Shown: positions 1 through 17,306 of the stretch, in pieces
Layout of the letters: every line of letters begins with the position of its first letter
How positions within the stretch are numbered: position 1 is the stretch's first letter
The notes under the pieces: model-generated
What the model saw: the letters and a program-made list of their open reading frames with translations, nothing else
The model's database searches: none
Told to the model about the DNA's origin: nothing
Program-made: the position numbers and the translations under genes
Source: the human T2T-CHM13v2.0 reference genome, Homo sapiens
Assembly (NCBI RefSeq): GCF_009914755.1
Contig: NC_060927.1
Reading direction: 5' to 3' (one strand)
Length of the DNA stretch: 64,000 nt

Positions 1-331
1 ACACAGGGCTATATAAAATTTGTTTACAACAAGGAAGGAAGGCATCACCTGCATTTCTAAAACTTCTCAGAAAGAGTGGAAATACTACTGATCACTTGGT
101 TATGGTCACAGATACATGAAAGATGGGAAATAATAGAAATCTAAGCATTTTAATAGACAGGGTACATAATTGGAAGATAACTCTACTGAAGTTAAGAGAG
201 TATAAATATCTCAATGACTTAGACAAATTATTTAAATTTTCTTTGCCCTACAACATTTGTTTATAAGCTAAAATATTTGGTACAGAAGCCCTAAAACTTT
301 TCAGCATTAAATTTGTTTAAAAATTACATCT

Positions 332-1373
<1,042 letters not shown>

Positions 1374-2485
1374 AAAAATTACATCTCAAATAAAGATTCT
1401 TAAGATATAAGACTTGAGATATCATTACACCTTGAATTTTGGAGGCATATAAGCATGGCATCTTAGTTTTCTTTCAATAGTGTATGTAGTAGATTTCATT
1501 TTCCAAAATGGTAGCAACAACATCTCTCATTCCATCTGCACTTCTCACAATGTGTTGTAGGCATTTCTATAACAGGCCTATAACATTCCTTTTAAGTTTT
1601 GGCTATGTGACTTACTTCAAAAGTGTTCTTCCAGTTAAAGATCAAATATATATTCTTTTACATTGTTTTCTAATAATTTTATGATTTACTTTTACATGAA
1701 TATATTTAATCTATTTTTAATTCAGAGTTGTGTGAATAAAAATCATATCTTAAACTTTTATAGAATATTATCAACTTATTCTCTTAGTTACTGAATAGCC
1801 CATTTTCCCTGATGATTTAAAATGTCCACTTTATAGCATGTCAAATTCAGAAAGAGGAAAAGAGTTGTTTCTAGGCTCTTTATTATATTTCTATTAGCTA
1901 TTATCTTTTTAACTAATAATGGTTAAATTCTGATTTAACTATTGTTTGTTAATGCTTTGATGTTAATATGGCAAGCTCCTACCACTATGCTTTTTAATAT
2001 TGTCTTAACTATTTTTGACATTGGTTTTTACTTATAAATTTCTGTTAGTTTCTTGAGTTTGATGGAAAAAAATCATGATTATAGATTTGCTTTCTGATCA
2101 TTGAAATATTTAAAATAATAAATTTTCCCACCCACAAAATTTTCCATTTCTCCATGTACGCAGTTCTTCCAAAATTTCTCAAATAACATTTTAGACATAT
2201 TTTAGAATGTTAAACCTAAATTTCTTGGGCATTATTTTTTGGCCTTTTCCTTAGGCGCTTAAAAGTTTGCTGCTTTTATTGTTGTTGTGCATGATTTTTA
2301 TTTAGACTTTTAATATTATATTTCCTCATTTGTAAAATTCACATATGGGCATACAGGAAAGTAATTACATTCATATGTTGATATTTTATCTAGCAACCTT
2401 GCAAATAAGCTTATGAGTGCTGATAGCTTATCAGCTGATTCTCTTGGATTGTCTATGAGACAATCGCCTTCCCCACATTACCCAT

Positions 2486-2814
2486 TGTATTAGTCTGTTT
2501 TTACACTTCTAATAAAGACATACCTGAGACTGGGTAATTTATACAGGAAAGAGGTTTAGTGGACTCACGATTCCTTGTGGCTGGGGAGGCCTCACAATCA
2601 TGGTGGAAGGCAAGGAGGAGCAAGTCACATCTTAACTCCTCTTTATAAACCCATCAGATCTCCTGAGACTTATTCACTATCACAAGAACAGCTTAGGACA
2701 GACCCATTCCCATGACTCAATTATCTCCCACGGGGTCCCTCCCACAACACATGGGAATTGTGGCAGCTACAATTCAAGATGAGATTTGGGTGGGGACACA
2801 GTCAAACCCTATCA
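2486..2814 (-). mobile_element. THE1 (THE1A/B-like) MaLR solo LTR with internal deletion
   Basis: Termini tgtattagtc...gagatttgggtggggacacagtcaaaccctatca are the reverse complement of the THE1 LTR; the central segment is shortened. Confidence 0.9.
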
Positions 2815-4253
2815 TCCACTTATATTGTCATTGCTGCTGTTACTGCTGTTGCCAGGGCTGGGCTTCTGGTAAAAATGGTCCTTCTTTCTTGTCACCCTTT
2901 TCAATAAAGCTTCAAATATTATTTAGTATGACACTTATTTTTATAGATCTTTGTAAAGAATCTTTATCAAGATGATGATAACAACCTTTCAAGTCCTTGT
3001 TTGCTACGGAATGCCATTTAAGTTATATTTAAAAGGCTGTATTTATGCTTTAAGATGTTGATATTGTATATTGCATTGACAGATTTTGTTGTTGTTAAAT
3101 CATTGTTACATTTTTGGGATAGACATTACATGTTCATATGACATATTTTAATTTCAATGGACTGTTTGATACGATTTTAAATGTTTATTTAAGAGTTTTG
3201 CATTCATGTTTACATGGATTTTTTTCCTGTGAGCTTACATGTTGTTTTCCCTTTATCAGATTTTAAAATATATGTATTCCCCTTTTTCATCCTTTATTGA
3301 ATTAATCACTGAATTAATCAAATTTTCTTTGTTGCTTTCATTTTTACTAATAATTTCAAAGTGTTTTATTTTTCTTCTTCCAATTACAGTAAACTTTAAT
3401 TTTTAAACAACTTCTTTATAATGATATTGTTTTTAACAACGACTAGTATTAAACTTTGTACATACTATATCCCCTCCAAAAGTCAAGAACTAGAATATGC
3501 TTTTGCTTTTATTCGCCATCCCATGTTGATACCACCTGGAAATTTTTTATTATAAGTAGTCAATTTCAGAAAAAATAATTATAGTTAATACTTATTTAGA
3601 ATTTACAATAATTTTAAATAATTTAATTACTTATCATTACTTCAGGTATCTTATTTCTTCTTCTTAGGTTCATATTTGTCTTCTTGCTGGAGGGCACCTA
3701 AGAGTAAATCAACCTCTGTCTATAAGTGATGATACATTTTCTGAATCATTCATGTGCAAAACCACCCTATTCCTTTCTCACAATTGAATGATCAGATAAT
3801 TACAAGTTCAAAGTTACTTACCTTCAAATGTATGTTTCTATTATCTTCTTGCATCTGGTGAATCTAGTGAATGTTTATGTAAATCCAATTTCAATCTTAC
3901 CATTATTTCCTAGTAAACAATTCTCTTTCTCTGGAAGATTTTAGGGTTTGTCTTTGTCCTTGGTGTTCTAAATTTTATTTGGATAGGTGGTGCTCTGATA
4001 GCTCACTCTAAATCTTGCTGAGTGCTTGCAGAGGTATACGCATTTAACCTGAAGACATAACTTTTTCAATTCTAAGAAATAGTTGTCTAATATTTTATTT
4101 AATATAAGGTATCACTTTTCTTCCACTCTTTTCTGAGTCTTCTAGTATATGCAATTTGGAACATGGGAATTATTGTCTATATTTTGTCTTATCTTTCAAA
4201 CTTTTCATCTTTTTCTTTTGTCCTGCATTCTACAAATATTTGATTATTTAGAA

Positions 4254-5086
4254 CAATAAGCCCTCACTTAAAATTGTCAATAGGTTTTTGAAAATTTTGA
4301 CTTTAAGCAAAACAATGCATAATGAAACCAATTTTACCATAGGTTAACTGACATAAACAAGAATTAAGTTCCTATGGTATATTTCTAGTTGCAAAACATC
4401 ACCAAACTTCTGAATAAAGACCAAAAACAATTACAGTATTAAACATTGAAATAAATGTGAGCTATATGTGCATTTTTAAAAGATTAATAAAAACAAGATA
4501 TTATTTACCCAGTTTTTGGTGAATCAGTGACAGCAGTCACAGTTGTGATGGTCAAATCAAAGAATAAACGTTTTCAAAGTAAAACTTGCAAGGAGCACCT
4601 CATGCAGTTCAAAAAAAATGATAACAAATATGATGGGTTCACTGAGAGCTTTGGTACTGCATTGTTTTTGTCATGTATTTGTATGGTCATAGACTTTACA
4701 CATTTTTATAGCATGATAATTTTTATTCACTCATTCATTCATTTATTTTCCAACTTGCTTATTCCAGTTCAGGATCACAGGTGGCTGAAACCTATACCAA
4801 GAGCTCAGGGTACAAGACAGGAACCAGCTGTGGACAGGATGCCATCCCACTGCAGGGCACACTTACACACACACTCACAATCACTCACACTGCAGCAATG
4901 TAGACACACCAATTTACCTAATGTGCACACCTTTGGGATGTGGGAGGAAACCAGAGTACCTGGAGAAAAACCATGAAGACACATGGAGGAAATGCAAACT
5001 CCACCCAGACAGTGGCTCTGCCAGGAATTTTTTTTTTTCATCAACATAAAATACTGAATGAAATGACGCTGATCAAGAATCTGCTT
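4254..5086 (-). mobile_element. MER6 (TcMar-Tigger non-autonomous DNA transposon)
   Basis: Matches the recalled MER6 consensus, including ttccagttcaggatcacaggtggctg...ctttgggatgtgggaggaaaccagagtacctggagaaaa and both terminal regions. Confidence 0.85.
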
Positions 5087-7759
5087 ATGTAAATTTACTC
5101 TTCTGTTTCAGGAGCCATTCTGCTCTCCTTAGTTCATCTGTTTTGCTGTTATGTGCATTGATCAATTTTTAATCCATATGATTTAGTTGATTAAGTTTTA
5201 GGTAGCAATATTTGCTTGCATTTCTCTGTGCTAAAATGCATCCTCATAAGAAACTCTTTTCTTTTTCTAACCACTCTGTTTCTTCGAGTTTGAGTTCTGT
5301 TTATTGCCTTTGTTATCTCTCCTTCATGGTGATAAATTTCCCTACATATTTGGTGAATTTTTATTATGTACTCCTTTTTAAAGGGAGTTTGTCTTATTAG
5401 AATGGCTGCTTAGTACTTCATTGTTTCTGTTTGCTCTATTGCAATCATGCTTTTGCCCCGGGAATGAACTTTAATGCTGACTGGCAGAACAGCTAATAGA
5501 AAGATAAACTATTCTGTGGTTGTTATGCTGCTATTTTTAGCCTTCTGGATAATTTAAGTGCACTTTGGCCTTAAAATTTAAATAAACAGGGAGAAAAGAA
5601 TGTTTACTCTGCCTTCAAGACAAAAACAAATAATTTCTTGGAGAACTTTGAGTAGATTATTATCACCACCAGATTCCAGTATAAAAGTGACAGCCCAAAA
5701 AAAAAAAAAAAAAGAATTCCTGCTTTAAAAGGAAAAAAACATGATGGGGTTATTTCACTTTAGAATGGAGGTTTGTATTTCAAGATATTGTTTTCTCTAG
5801 GCCATTCCATGAAAAGGAGTTCGGTAGGAATGATGTCTATGACATTCAGAACATTAGCTTCTGGCAGAATCACAAGTAGAAAAGTCATTTCAACATAAAT
5901 TATTTTAAAATTAAATGAGATTCAACTTTGCAAGAGATACTGGATTAAGCGGCTTAACTTCTATGAATTCCCAAGACTTATTTAGAAACTGAGATTGATC
6001 ACAGTAACCTATATTTCACAGGGTTTTTATGAGAACTGACTGGGTAAATATATCTGATTTATAAACTGTAAAATCTTATAAAAAGTCATTTGTCACAATT
6101 AGCTCTTGCTATGTAACAGACTACCCATATTTTTAAATATTAAGTGGATTTATAACTTAAAAAATAAAATTTTTAAGTTTGCTTTTGCTTTTGTATGTAA
6201 TCATGTCTTTCTATCTTATCTCTATTTCATACAGAGAAGAAGAATCTTTTGATATCCTTAATATCCCAATCCAAAGTTTCATGTATAAATCGCGTCTCCC
6301 CCTTGTGCTTGGACATAAGAATCTCCCGGGTTGCTCGTTACATAAATAATGTTTTCTAGGATTTTTTTTTAAGAGATTCAGATTCACGAGAGACCCAGAC
6401 AAATGTGTTTTTAAAAAGCACCCAAAGTAAAACCTATGATCTGAAATATTTGGCAAGGACTGGTTTAAAGTATGAGCTATAAATGGTTCTCTAACAAGAG
6501 TCGCAAATTCATCCAGTGCTAATGACAAAAGGTAAAATGTTATAATCCAGGAACAAACTGCCCAAAATGTGTCTAAAGTCACCTGTTTTCATATTATCAT
6601 CCCAAGGAAAAATAAGTTAAAGTGCTTAGAAGCAACCATTTTCTCTAGTCTGTGTTCCATGTGTGTTATCCCAAATAGAAGAGATTAAATTCTACTTGCT
6701 AAGACTTCCAAATAAGAAACAATTCTCTTCTTTGTGATAATCCATCCTGATTTTTTTCACACTGTCCAAAAGCTCTCTTTCACATCTGGGTTAAAAAACA
6801 TATAACTTGATGGTTAATATATTATCATTGCCACTGAAATACAAAGAACTTTATCTTAAATCTTAAGTAAGCTCATGCAGTGTCCCCCAAATTATAAGCT
6901 ACCTTTCACTATTCAAAAGCTTCTTTCTTGCTATGAGGGGCCAAACATTTCAGAGAAAATTAAAGAAAAAAAAACTTGATACCCCTACATACACCTAAAC
7001 ACCTCTGAAATGTGCTGCCAGCAATACATGTGCAGAGGTAAGAAGGATGTTTTCCAAGAAACACATGATTAGCGTGAACGCATCATGTTCAGACCTTTAG
7101 GAAAACAGAATAGCCAGGAGGGCCTAGAAAAAATATACAGCTGTTTCCAAGATGTTTTTATTTACAATTTCATGGACAGTGCACTTTGCTAAAAAATATC
7201 TGTAGAAGGTACACATTCATCTGCAAGATTGCCTTACGGTCCCATCTGCAGCAGTGATCACTAATGAATATGCAATACATTTTTTAAGGTTCAGTAGTTT
7301 TCAGATAGGGTGGTGACAACCTTGACTGCATTTGCTCTCAAGGACTTACTCAGAGGGCTAGAGATTCTGATATGGTGCCAGTCTTACTAGCATAGGAGAA
7401 AAACTGCCTTGATTGTGCCCTTCTGTGCTGAAAATCCTGGCAGTTGTATTCAGATCCTTTCTCAATAGCAGCCTCTTCAATGTCTTGGTGTGAAACAGAC
7501 ATTCTAAGAATGCCTGTTTAAATCTTAGATGATGAAAAGAAGTAGACTACCTTGTCATGAAGACTTGTGGAAACAGTGGGCAACATTGAAATTAAAAATA
7601 TTCCTGGGTATGCACAGATGAAATTCCATTGTGTGATTTTGGTTACTGCACTTTTGGTCTCTATTTTAGTTGAAAAACCTTTATACAGTGAGATATATAG
7701 AAATTCACCATATGCACATTGAAAGATTCATGATTGTGGCCAGTATAGCTTAATCATCT

Positions 7760-9600
<1,841 letters not shown>

Positions 9601-9635
9601 AGTGCATTATATTAGTTCTTTTTTCACTAATGTAC

Positions 9636-9819
9636 TTTTAACAGTATTATTGAGACATAATGTACATACCATAAAATTTACCTATTTCAAGTTTACAGTT
9701 CAATGGGTTTTAGTATATTTATAGAATTGTACAACCATTGCCATAATATAATTTTGGAACATTTTTATCACACCAAAAAGAAAACTCATACCCATTAGTA
9801 TTCACTCCTATCCCTCACC
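9636..9819 (-). mobile_element. L1MB-like extreme 3' end fragment
   Basis: tttaacagtattattgagacataatgtacataccataaaattta...ggaacatttttatcacaccaaaaagaaaactcatacccattag is a typical antisense L1MB 3' terminus. Confidence 0.75.
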
Positions 9820-10344
9820 TTGGGTGAGGAACACACAGCCAAACCATATCAGTTACCTTTAAATTTGTAAGCCAAATTTAATTCAAATTTAATTCAATTT
9901 TTTTCCAGTAAATTCTACAACATTTCTATTCTTCCAACCCTGACAACATTCGTAGCATATTTGATCTATCTTCAATAACAGACACATCTTGTTGTTTTAA
10001 TTGAATTTAATTTATTCTCTTTTAAAAACTAACTCAAAAATTACTTATTACTTTCTATATTTCACTATCAGACTATGCCTTTCTCCTACAGAAGTCAACA
10101 ACTTCCTATATATGTATCTTGCTTTTTACATAACGACTAAAATCCTAAATTCCAAAGAGAAAAAAACCTATTAGGCGATTTTCACCTCACTTTACAGACA
10201 CCTTCAAGTATATGTACCAGACGTGAAACCCAATACAAAACAATTGTTCAAAGTTGAGCATAATTTCTACCATTCTCAAAGTCTGAGCACATGGATGCTC
10301 TGAGAAAAATGTTTCATTGAACATTTTAAGGCATGCAGTAATAA

Positions 10345-10925
<581 letters not shown>

Positions 10926-13400
10926 CCCTCTGGCACATTACCTAAAGAATGACTCACAAAAGTCTATGCCCACCTATAACTTATATCAATCATTAGCAGC
11001 ACACTTTTGAAACAGGAATGTGTGAATATTAGTATTAGTATTTCTCACAATGGCTTGTAATGGCTAACTGAAACAAAACAGAATCAAGGAGCTAAGGCCA
11101 ATCTTTAAGAAGCATTTTAATGTTAAAACTTTAGTATTGAGCCTTTGCATTATATTTAGAAATTTCTTTGTTTAGACCTTCACACATTAAATTCAATTAA
11201 TGTTAAATTAAATGTTGTATTTATAAATTCCTTTTTTAGACCTCCAAACATTACATTGCCCCCAAAACACAGCTTTTGTAATCAAGAAGCTACAAAAATA
11301 AATGCCTTGGATTTGGCAAGTTTAACTGTAACAAATAGTAAGAACAATAAAAATCTAGGTCTATGTCTACCTGCAACTGCTCAGGGATCATGCACATATT
11401 ACTCCAATATGGCTACCTGAATATTCCCTGTCACAGGTAATGATCCTCCCCAAAGCAGTATGGCCCCTGATTTCCAGGCAAATTTTCGCATGCACCACAG
11501 TAAAGAAATGGGTTTCTCTGTGGTAAGAGAGTAAAGCAAATGGCAGTGCTAAGTAGGAGACACAAGTACTCAAATAACCCTGACTCCAGCTTGGATTGAC
11601 ATCCTTACTCTTTATGCACTAATGTGAAATTCAACTCAGGCTCAGCTACCTCCATGGGGAGCCTCCAACTACGTGATTTCCTCGAATTCTCTCTACTCCC
11701 TGGGGTCCATTCAGCTCTCTGATATTATATCAGTCTTATAATTTCAGACCCACAGAGGCCCACGAAGATCAAGCACTAGCAAAGAAGATAGGAATCTTGA
11801 GAAAACATACACTTGAGCTCCTCTAGGTAAAAGAACAGAAAATGAGCAAAAGGAGTAGGTTCAGTTGTACAGAGCAATGTGCGTGTGAGAGGTTGTGACT
11901 CTCTCTGTATGAATACCTTTTTCTTTTTTAGCCTTCGGATTTAATACAGATAGCACCTTTTCTGGCCAATGTACTTGAAAAAAAAATTTGTGCAATGATT
12001 TAAAATAATTTCCAGAAGGGTATATCACCCTAAAATATTCAATGAGGCTTATTTCCTTTCTTATAGAACAATAAATCTCTATTGTACATACAATAGGATA
12101 TTTCAGATACATTTTGTTGCATATTTGGCACCCTTTTGAATATTCATATTGCCCAACAAGCCATTTATTAGAGCTTTCATAAGAGCACTTTTTAATCTTC
12201 TATACAAAAGCGTAAATTCCAAGTCTTCAATATGAATTCACTAAAGCTGTATTCAAATAGAGTAATTATCCTTAAGTGTATATGTTTAGAATATATCTAA
12301 GATACTTATGTATTAAATCTGGTAGTTCTGATTGCCTTTATTTTGATAGTGAGTTATGAATCCCCTACACTTAAGAGGAAATGTGTTTTCAAGCCCCAAA
12401 AGTAGAACTCTTTTAGAAACATATTGAAAATAAAGTCCTATTTCCCTGTCCATTCCAGTATACAGTATATTGTAAAGTAAATACTTCAAAGTGGTTTGAC
12501 TTCATAATGGTAATTGCTTAAAAACTGCCCCAAAGTTAGGCCTGGCACTGCAGATTTTGTCTGGGGGCCAATTAGTATGGCTCTGTTAATACTCTAAAAC
12601 ACTGTTATGGAACTGCCAACCTTATGGTAGGTATATAATTGAAATATTGCAAATAAAGTATCAAGTTGATATTCAGTTTCTCTTATAAAATTCAATGATG
12701 GCTATTGGCCAACAGATTTTCAAAACACATATGCAACAAATTTGGTATAAATGCTTAGGGACTGCAATTAAAACTACTATTGAATTCCTTATAATCCAAC
12801 ATTTTATTATATAGTTGCATTTGGTGACTAGCTTATTATTAGTTACATCAAAAAGTAAGATAGCCTTCCGTAACTGAGTTACATACGATATATTATACTT
12901 ATTTTTCAAGGCCTTTTGTATACTTAGTTACCCAGTGATTCACTGGTAGACATTTATACTATTGTTTATAGAGGAAGTAGAATTTAAAACAGTACATCCA
13001 AAGAAGAAAACTGGGAATACCAAGAACACCATGATGTCAGAAGTCTACTCACCCACTTCAAATTCTGGCCAATGACTAGGGTGTGTCTTACCACCTTCCC
13101 CAGCACTCTCTGACATAGAACAAAGGCAAAAGAAACAAGATTTCTGGGGAAACAGCATCCTATGCAACTGAGGTTTGCCTCTTCTCCTAATATCTCTAAT
13201 TCGTCTGTTCTAAAGGTGAAAAGATCAAATAATATATGTGCATAAAAAGCATCCAAGTAATACCAGTAAGTCAGGGGCACTCTTTAACTTATACTGTGTG
13301 TAATCAAAGTTCATAGTCTTCAAATTCTGGAGAATCATTTTAGATAATTAGTATGGCCATGTGCTATAAACTGTCACTTACATAAAGAAAGGGCATTAAT

Positions 13401-13798
<398 letters not shown>

Positions 13799-14409
13799 TC
13801 AAGAAGAATTTAGTCAGCATTGAACATATTCTAGTTACTATGGAAGTTTTAAGAAAAAGTAAAATGTGTGATCTCTACCACTAAAAAATCACATCTGATT
13901 GGTTATAAAAACACATGCAAAAGCAACTAAAACAAACAAAAAGCCCCAAAGCAACTGGAAAATAATTAAAGTCAGTGTAATAGGACACCCTAGAATGTTT
14001 TCAAGCTATACTTGCTATGGGAGTTTAGCAAGCAATGGAAGAGTTTGGTCCCAGGCTGTTACTTAAGAAAGTATAGCTGTTGGATTGATTGGTGAAGAGG
14101 AAAGTAGATATTCTATGTGGAAGGGAGATAGTTTGGGAAATGGCATAGCATAGGAATGATTATTCAGAAGAGAGGGGCTAACCAAAGTGATTGACAGTGA
14201 AAATAAAATGTTTAGGATAGTTTCTACTGGACTGAGAGTGTTAAATGTCACATGAGAATCTGTAGAAACAAACAAACCACCAAAAGGATTGAAATAAGAA
14301 AATGATGAGCTATAAGCATTGTCGTAGATTAATCTGGAGGCCGGGTAAAGAAGGGTATTAAGAAACTAATGATTACTTTGGGGACTTTAAATGTATACAA
14401 CATACTGGA

Positions 14410-14652
14410 AAAGAAGACAGGCTCTGGAATGAATGTGGCTGGGCTGGACTCCCAGTTCTTCCACTTATCAGCTCTGTAATCTTGGACAAACTTTTGGAAT
14501 TCCGGTGCTACAATTTTCCCATCTAAAATTTTGACATAATAAAGTACCTAATTCACTGGGTAATTATGAAAGTCAAATGGGTTAATACATCTTGGTATAA
14601 AGTCTTGGTATAAATCTAGCCCATCATAACCACTCAATAAAATATTACTATC
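14410..14652 (+). mobile_element. MIR
   Basis: acaggctctggaat...cccagttcttccacttatcagctctgtaatcttggacaa...cactcaataaaa. Confidence 0.7.
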
Positions 14653-16189
14653 ATTAAGAATTATATGTACATGTTGCATATTCACATAAACACAATTTTA
14701 TGTTAATTCTCCTATATCTAAAAAGTATTATCTTCAGGACAGAGATTTTGAAGTTTTCAAAACTATATTCACAGCAGTTTGCAAGTTGTAAAGCAGAGTA
14801 TAGGTATGCAATAAATATTACCTGAAGAAAAAAAGCCCTATAGAGAGGGAAGGAAGGGTAGATACTGGACATTGATTATTAAGCTATCAAGAGAAAAGTT
14901 CATGAAGGGAACAAGATTGCATCAACTCTATTCTAGCCTCCTCATAGAGAAATGCATTGAGCCAATGTCTACAATGTGTTCCAAGGAAATACATGAAAAA
15001 TTCTTGAAATTAGGCACAAGAGCCAACTGACAACTTAATCATGATAGGTGTCCCCAAACAGATGTGGAATCACAGAAAATTTAAGAGGAGTTAGTAAAAC
15101 TGAAGTGATTAGGAAGAGGTCTCTTCAAAGAGAAAAAAGACTTGAATCTTCCAAAAAAAACATGTAAAAGCAGAGACACAGGGGTTTGCATGTGAGAAAA
15201 GGGAGTATTGGGGACAGCTAATAAGAGAATAGAAGCTTCACCTTCTGCTCCAAAAGGTTAGAGCTGTGCTCTGTGTGACCCATATATTTCAGACCAAATG
15301 TGATCAAATAGCATGTAGCTATGCATGCTTCTAGATTAACAAGCCACCAGTGTGTCCTAGAAAGGTAGGAAGCAGACCTCTTGGGTGAAAACTATAAGAA
15401 CATGAGAATCAGTAGAAACAGTACAGATGAGAAGGATCCCACCTCTGCAAGGATCTTTGTACTCATGATCGTACTATTCAAACCTTTTGTTGCTGGAATT
15501 AGGAGAAAGCAATTCAAAATACAAAAATCTTGGCAGCATAGCTGAGAAGAAAGGCTGGCTAGCCTGAAGTGCCATTGGCTTAAATTTAGTAGATTTTTTT
15601 TTTTTTTTTTACTTCTGATTCAACTTCTTAGAACTTATGCTGAGTTCTTGCAAGATGTAATGCATGAAAACAACAACAAAAAAAGGGGAATGATTCAGTG
15701 TAACAGAACTTTGCACTAAAATCACAAAGTAAAAACAATCCCTAAAAATGTTTAATATTGAAATTCTATTGCAGTGTTTATTAGCCCAGAGATTACTTAC
15801 ACATACAATGTGAAAAATATTTAATGAGATTATGTTGAAAATGTATGACTGAGCTAGCAATCTAATCATTACATAGATGCTACAAATTATGACCTCTTGG
15901 GCACTGACTGTATTTTTGATTGTTCCCCTAAAGAGGAAAAAGGCTCTCGTGGTTAGGAGCTGGTTGAGAAGAGAGAGGTTTGAACATATCCTTATTTAAT
16001 CCTCCAATGTCATTTCCTCAGTGGGGCTCTCCCAAACACCCCTAGAGAAAATAGGCAGCGAGCACTCATTCCATATCACAGAATGTATCTATGCATAAAT
16101 TTATCAAGTTTAATTATTTTTTTACTGGATTGTTTTCTTTTTCATTAAAGGCAATGTAAGGTATATGAGACGGGGGTAGTAACATTTTG

Positions 16190-16345
16190 AGAGGCAGTAC
16201 AGCAAATTGATTAAAAGCACAGACTCGAGGGCTAAACACACTGAGTAGGAATGCTGGCTCTGCCATGTATTCGATTTATACTCTTGGGCATACTGCTTCA
16301 CATCTCTGTGTGTACTGACTTGTAAAATAAAGTTAATAATAGGAT
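16190..16345 (+). mobile_element. MIR fragment
   Basis: gaggcagtacagca...ttaaaagcacagactc...ctggctctgcca...cttgggca...acatctctgtg. Confidence 0.65.
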
Positions 16346-16399
16346 TAATACATCCTAAAATACATACCATAAGATCTGTTTAGTAGATAATAATCACTA

Positions 16400-16752
16400 C
16401 AGATGGTCCCCAACTTATGATGGTTCAACTTATGATTTTTCTACTTTATGATGAGACAAAATAGATACTCATTCAGTAAAATGAATTTTGGATTTTGAAT
16501 TTTCCCTGTCCAGTGATGCAGTATAATACTGTTACATGAGATATTCAACACCTTATTATAAAATAGGCTTTGCGTTAGATGATTTTGCTCAACTGTAGGC
16601 TAATGTAAATATTCTGAGAACTTTTAATACAAGCTAGGCTAAGCTATGATGTTTGATAGATTAGGTGTATTAAATACATTTTCGACTTACAATATTTCTA
16701 CTTATGATGGGTTGATCGAAATGAAACCCCATCATAAATTGAGGAACATCTG
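16400..16752 (-). mobile_element. MER47 (Tigger5-derived) DNA transposon
   Basis: Terminal inverted repeats cagatggtccccaacttatgatgg / ccatcataaattgaggaacatctg flanked by TA; internal gctaggctaagctatgatgttt motif. Confidence 0.88.
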
Positions 16753-17306
16753 TATATGAACATTAGCTTTTATTATTAATGTTTACCACTTTCTTCAATG
16801 CCTAGAATAGCAAATGAATGAATATTCAACACACCTATACACACATATACCCTGCATATCCTACTGCCTAATGAAATGTAGAATATTCATAATCAGGTGT
16901 TCCTTTATAAATAATTAAAACTGCTCAAAGTACCTGTCTATGTCAACTATATACATGGAGCATTACATACTATCTTTAAGCTGTATTTGGCACTATGGGG
17001 ATCAGTGCTTCCACTGAATTCACTGCTTCTCAACCTATGGGCCTCAGAGTTACTGCAAAACATCTTCAAATCCATAGTGCATCAAATATAGTTAATTGAT
17101 GGAATAAATTTATCTTGCATCTATTTTTCAAATATATGTAATTTTAAGTAATAAAGTATAAATGCATTTAAAACTACTACTAAGTTTTAAAATAAAAGTC
17201 CCAATGGGACCTTTATTGTTTTGTAGTTCCTCAGCAACTGATTCAAAGAATGCAACTAGAATCTCTTGGGATTATGTAAAGTTTGACATTTAAAAGAAAC
17301 CTTGTA

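Larger units (their letters stand above)
1620..5400 (-). mobile_element. Highly decayed ancient L1M/HAL1-like fragments, interrupted by THE1 and MER6
   Basis: T-rich plus strand with residual antisense L1 motifs (e.g. ttgatattttatctagcaaccttgc, gattctcttggattgtctatg). Boundaries approximate. Confidence 0.5.

Noticed and set aside
4527-5047. 149-aa and 80-aa ORFs
   Set aside because: They lie wholly inside MER6, start at non-ATG codons and show no recognisable domain.
6211-6582. 123-aa minus-strand ORF in apparently unique sequence
   Set aside because: Non-ATG start, no recognisable domain or exon structure; expected by chance.
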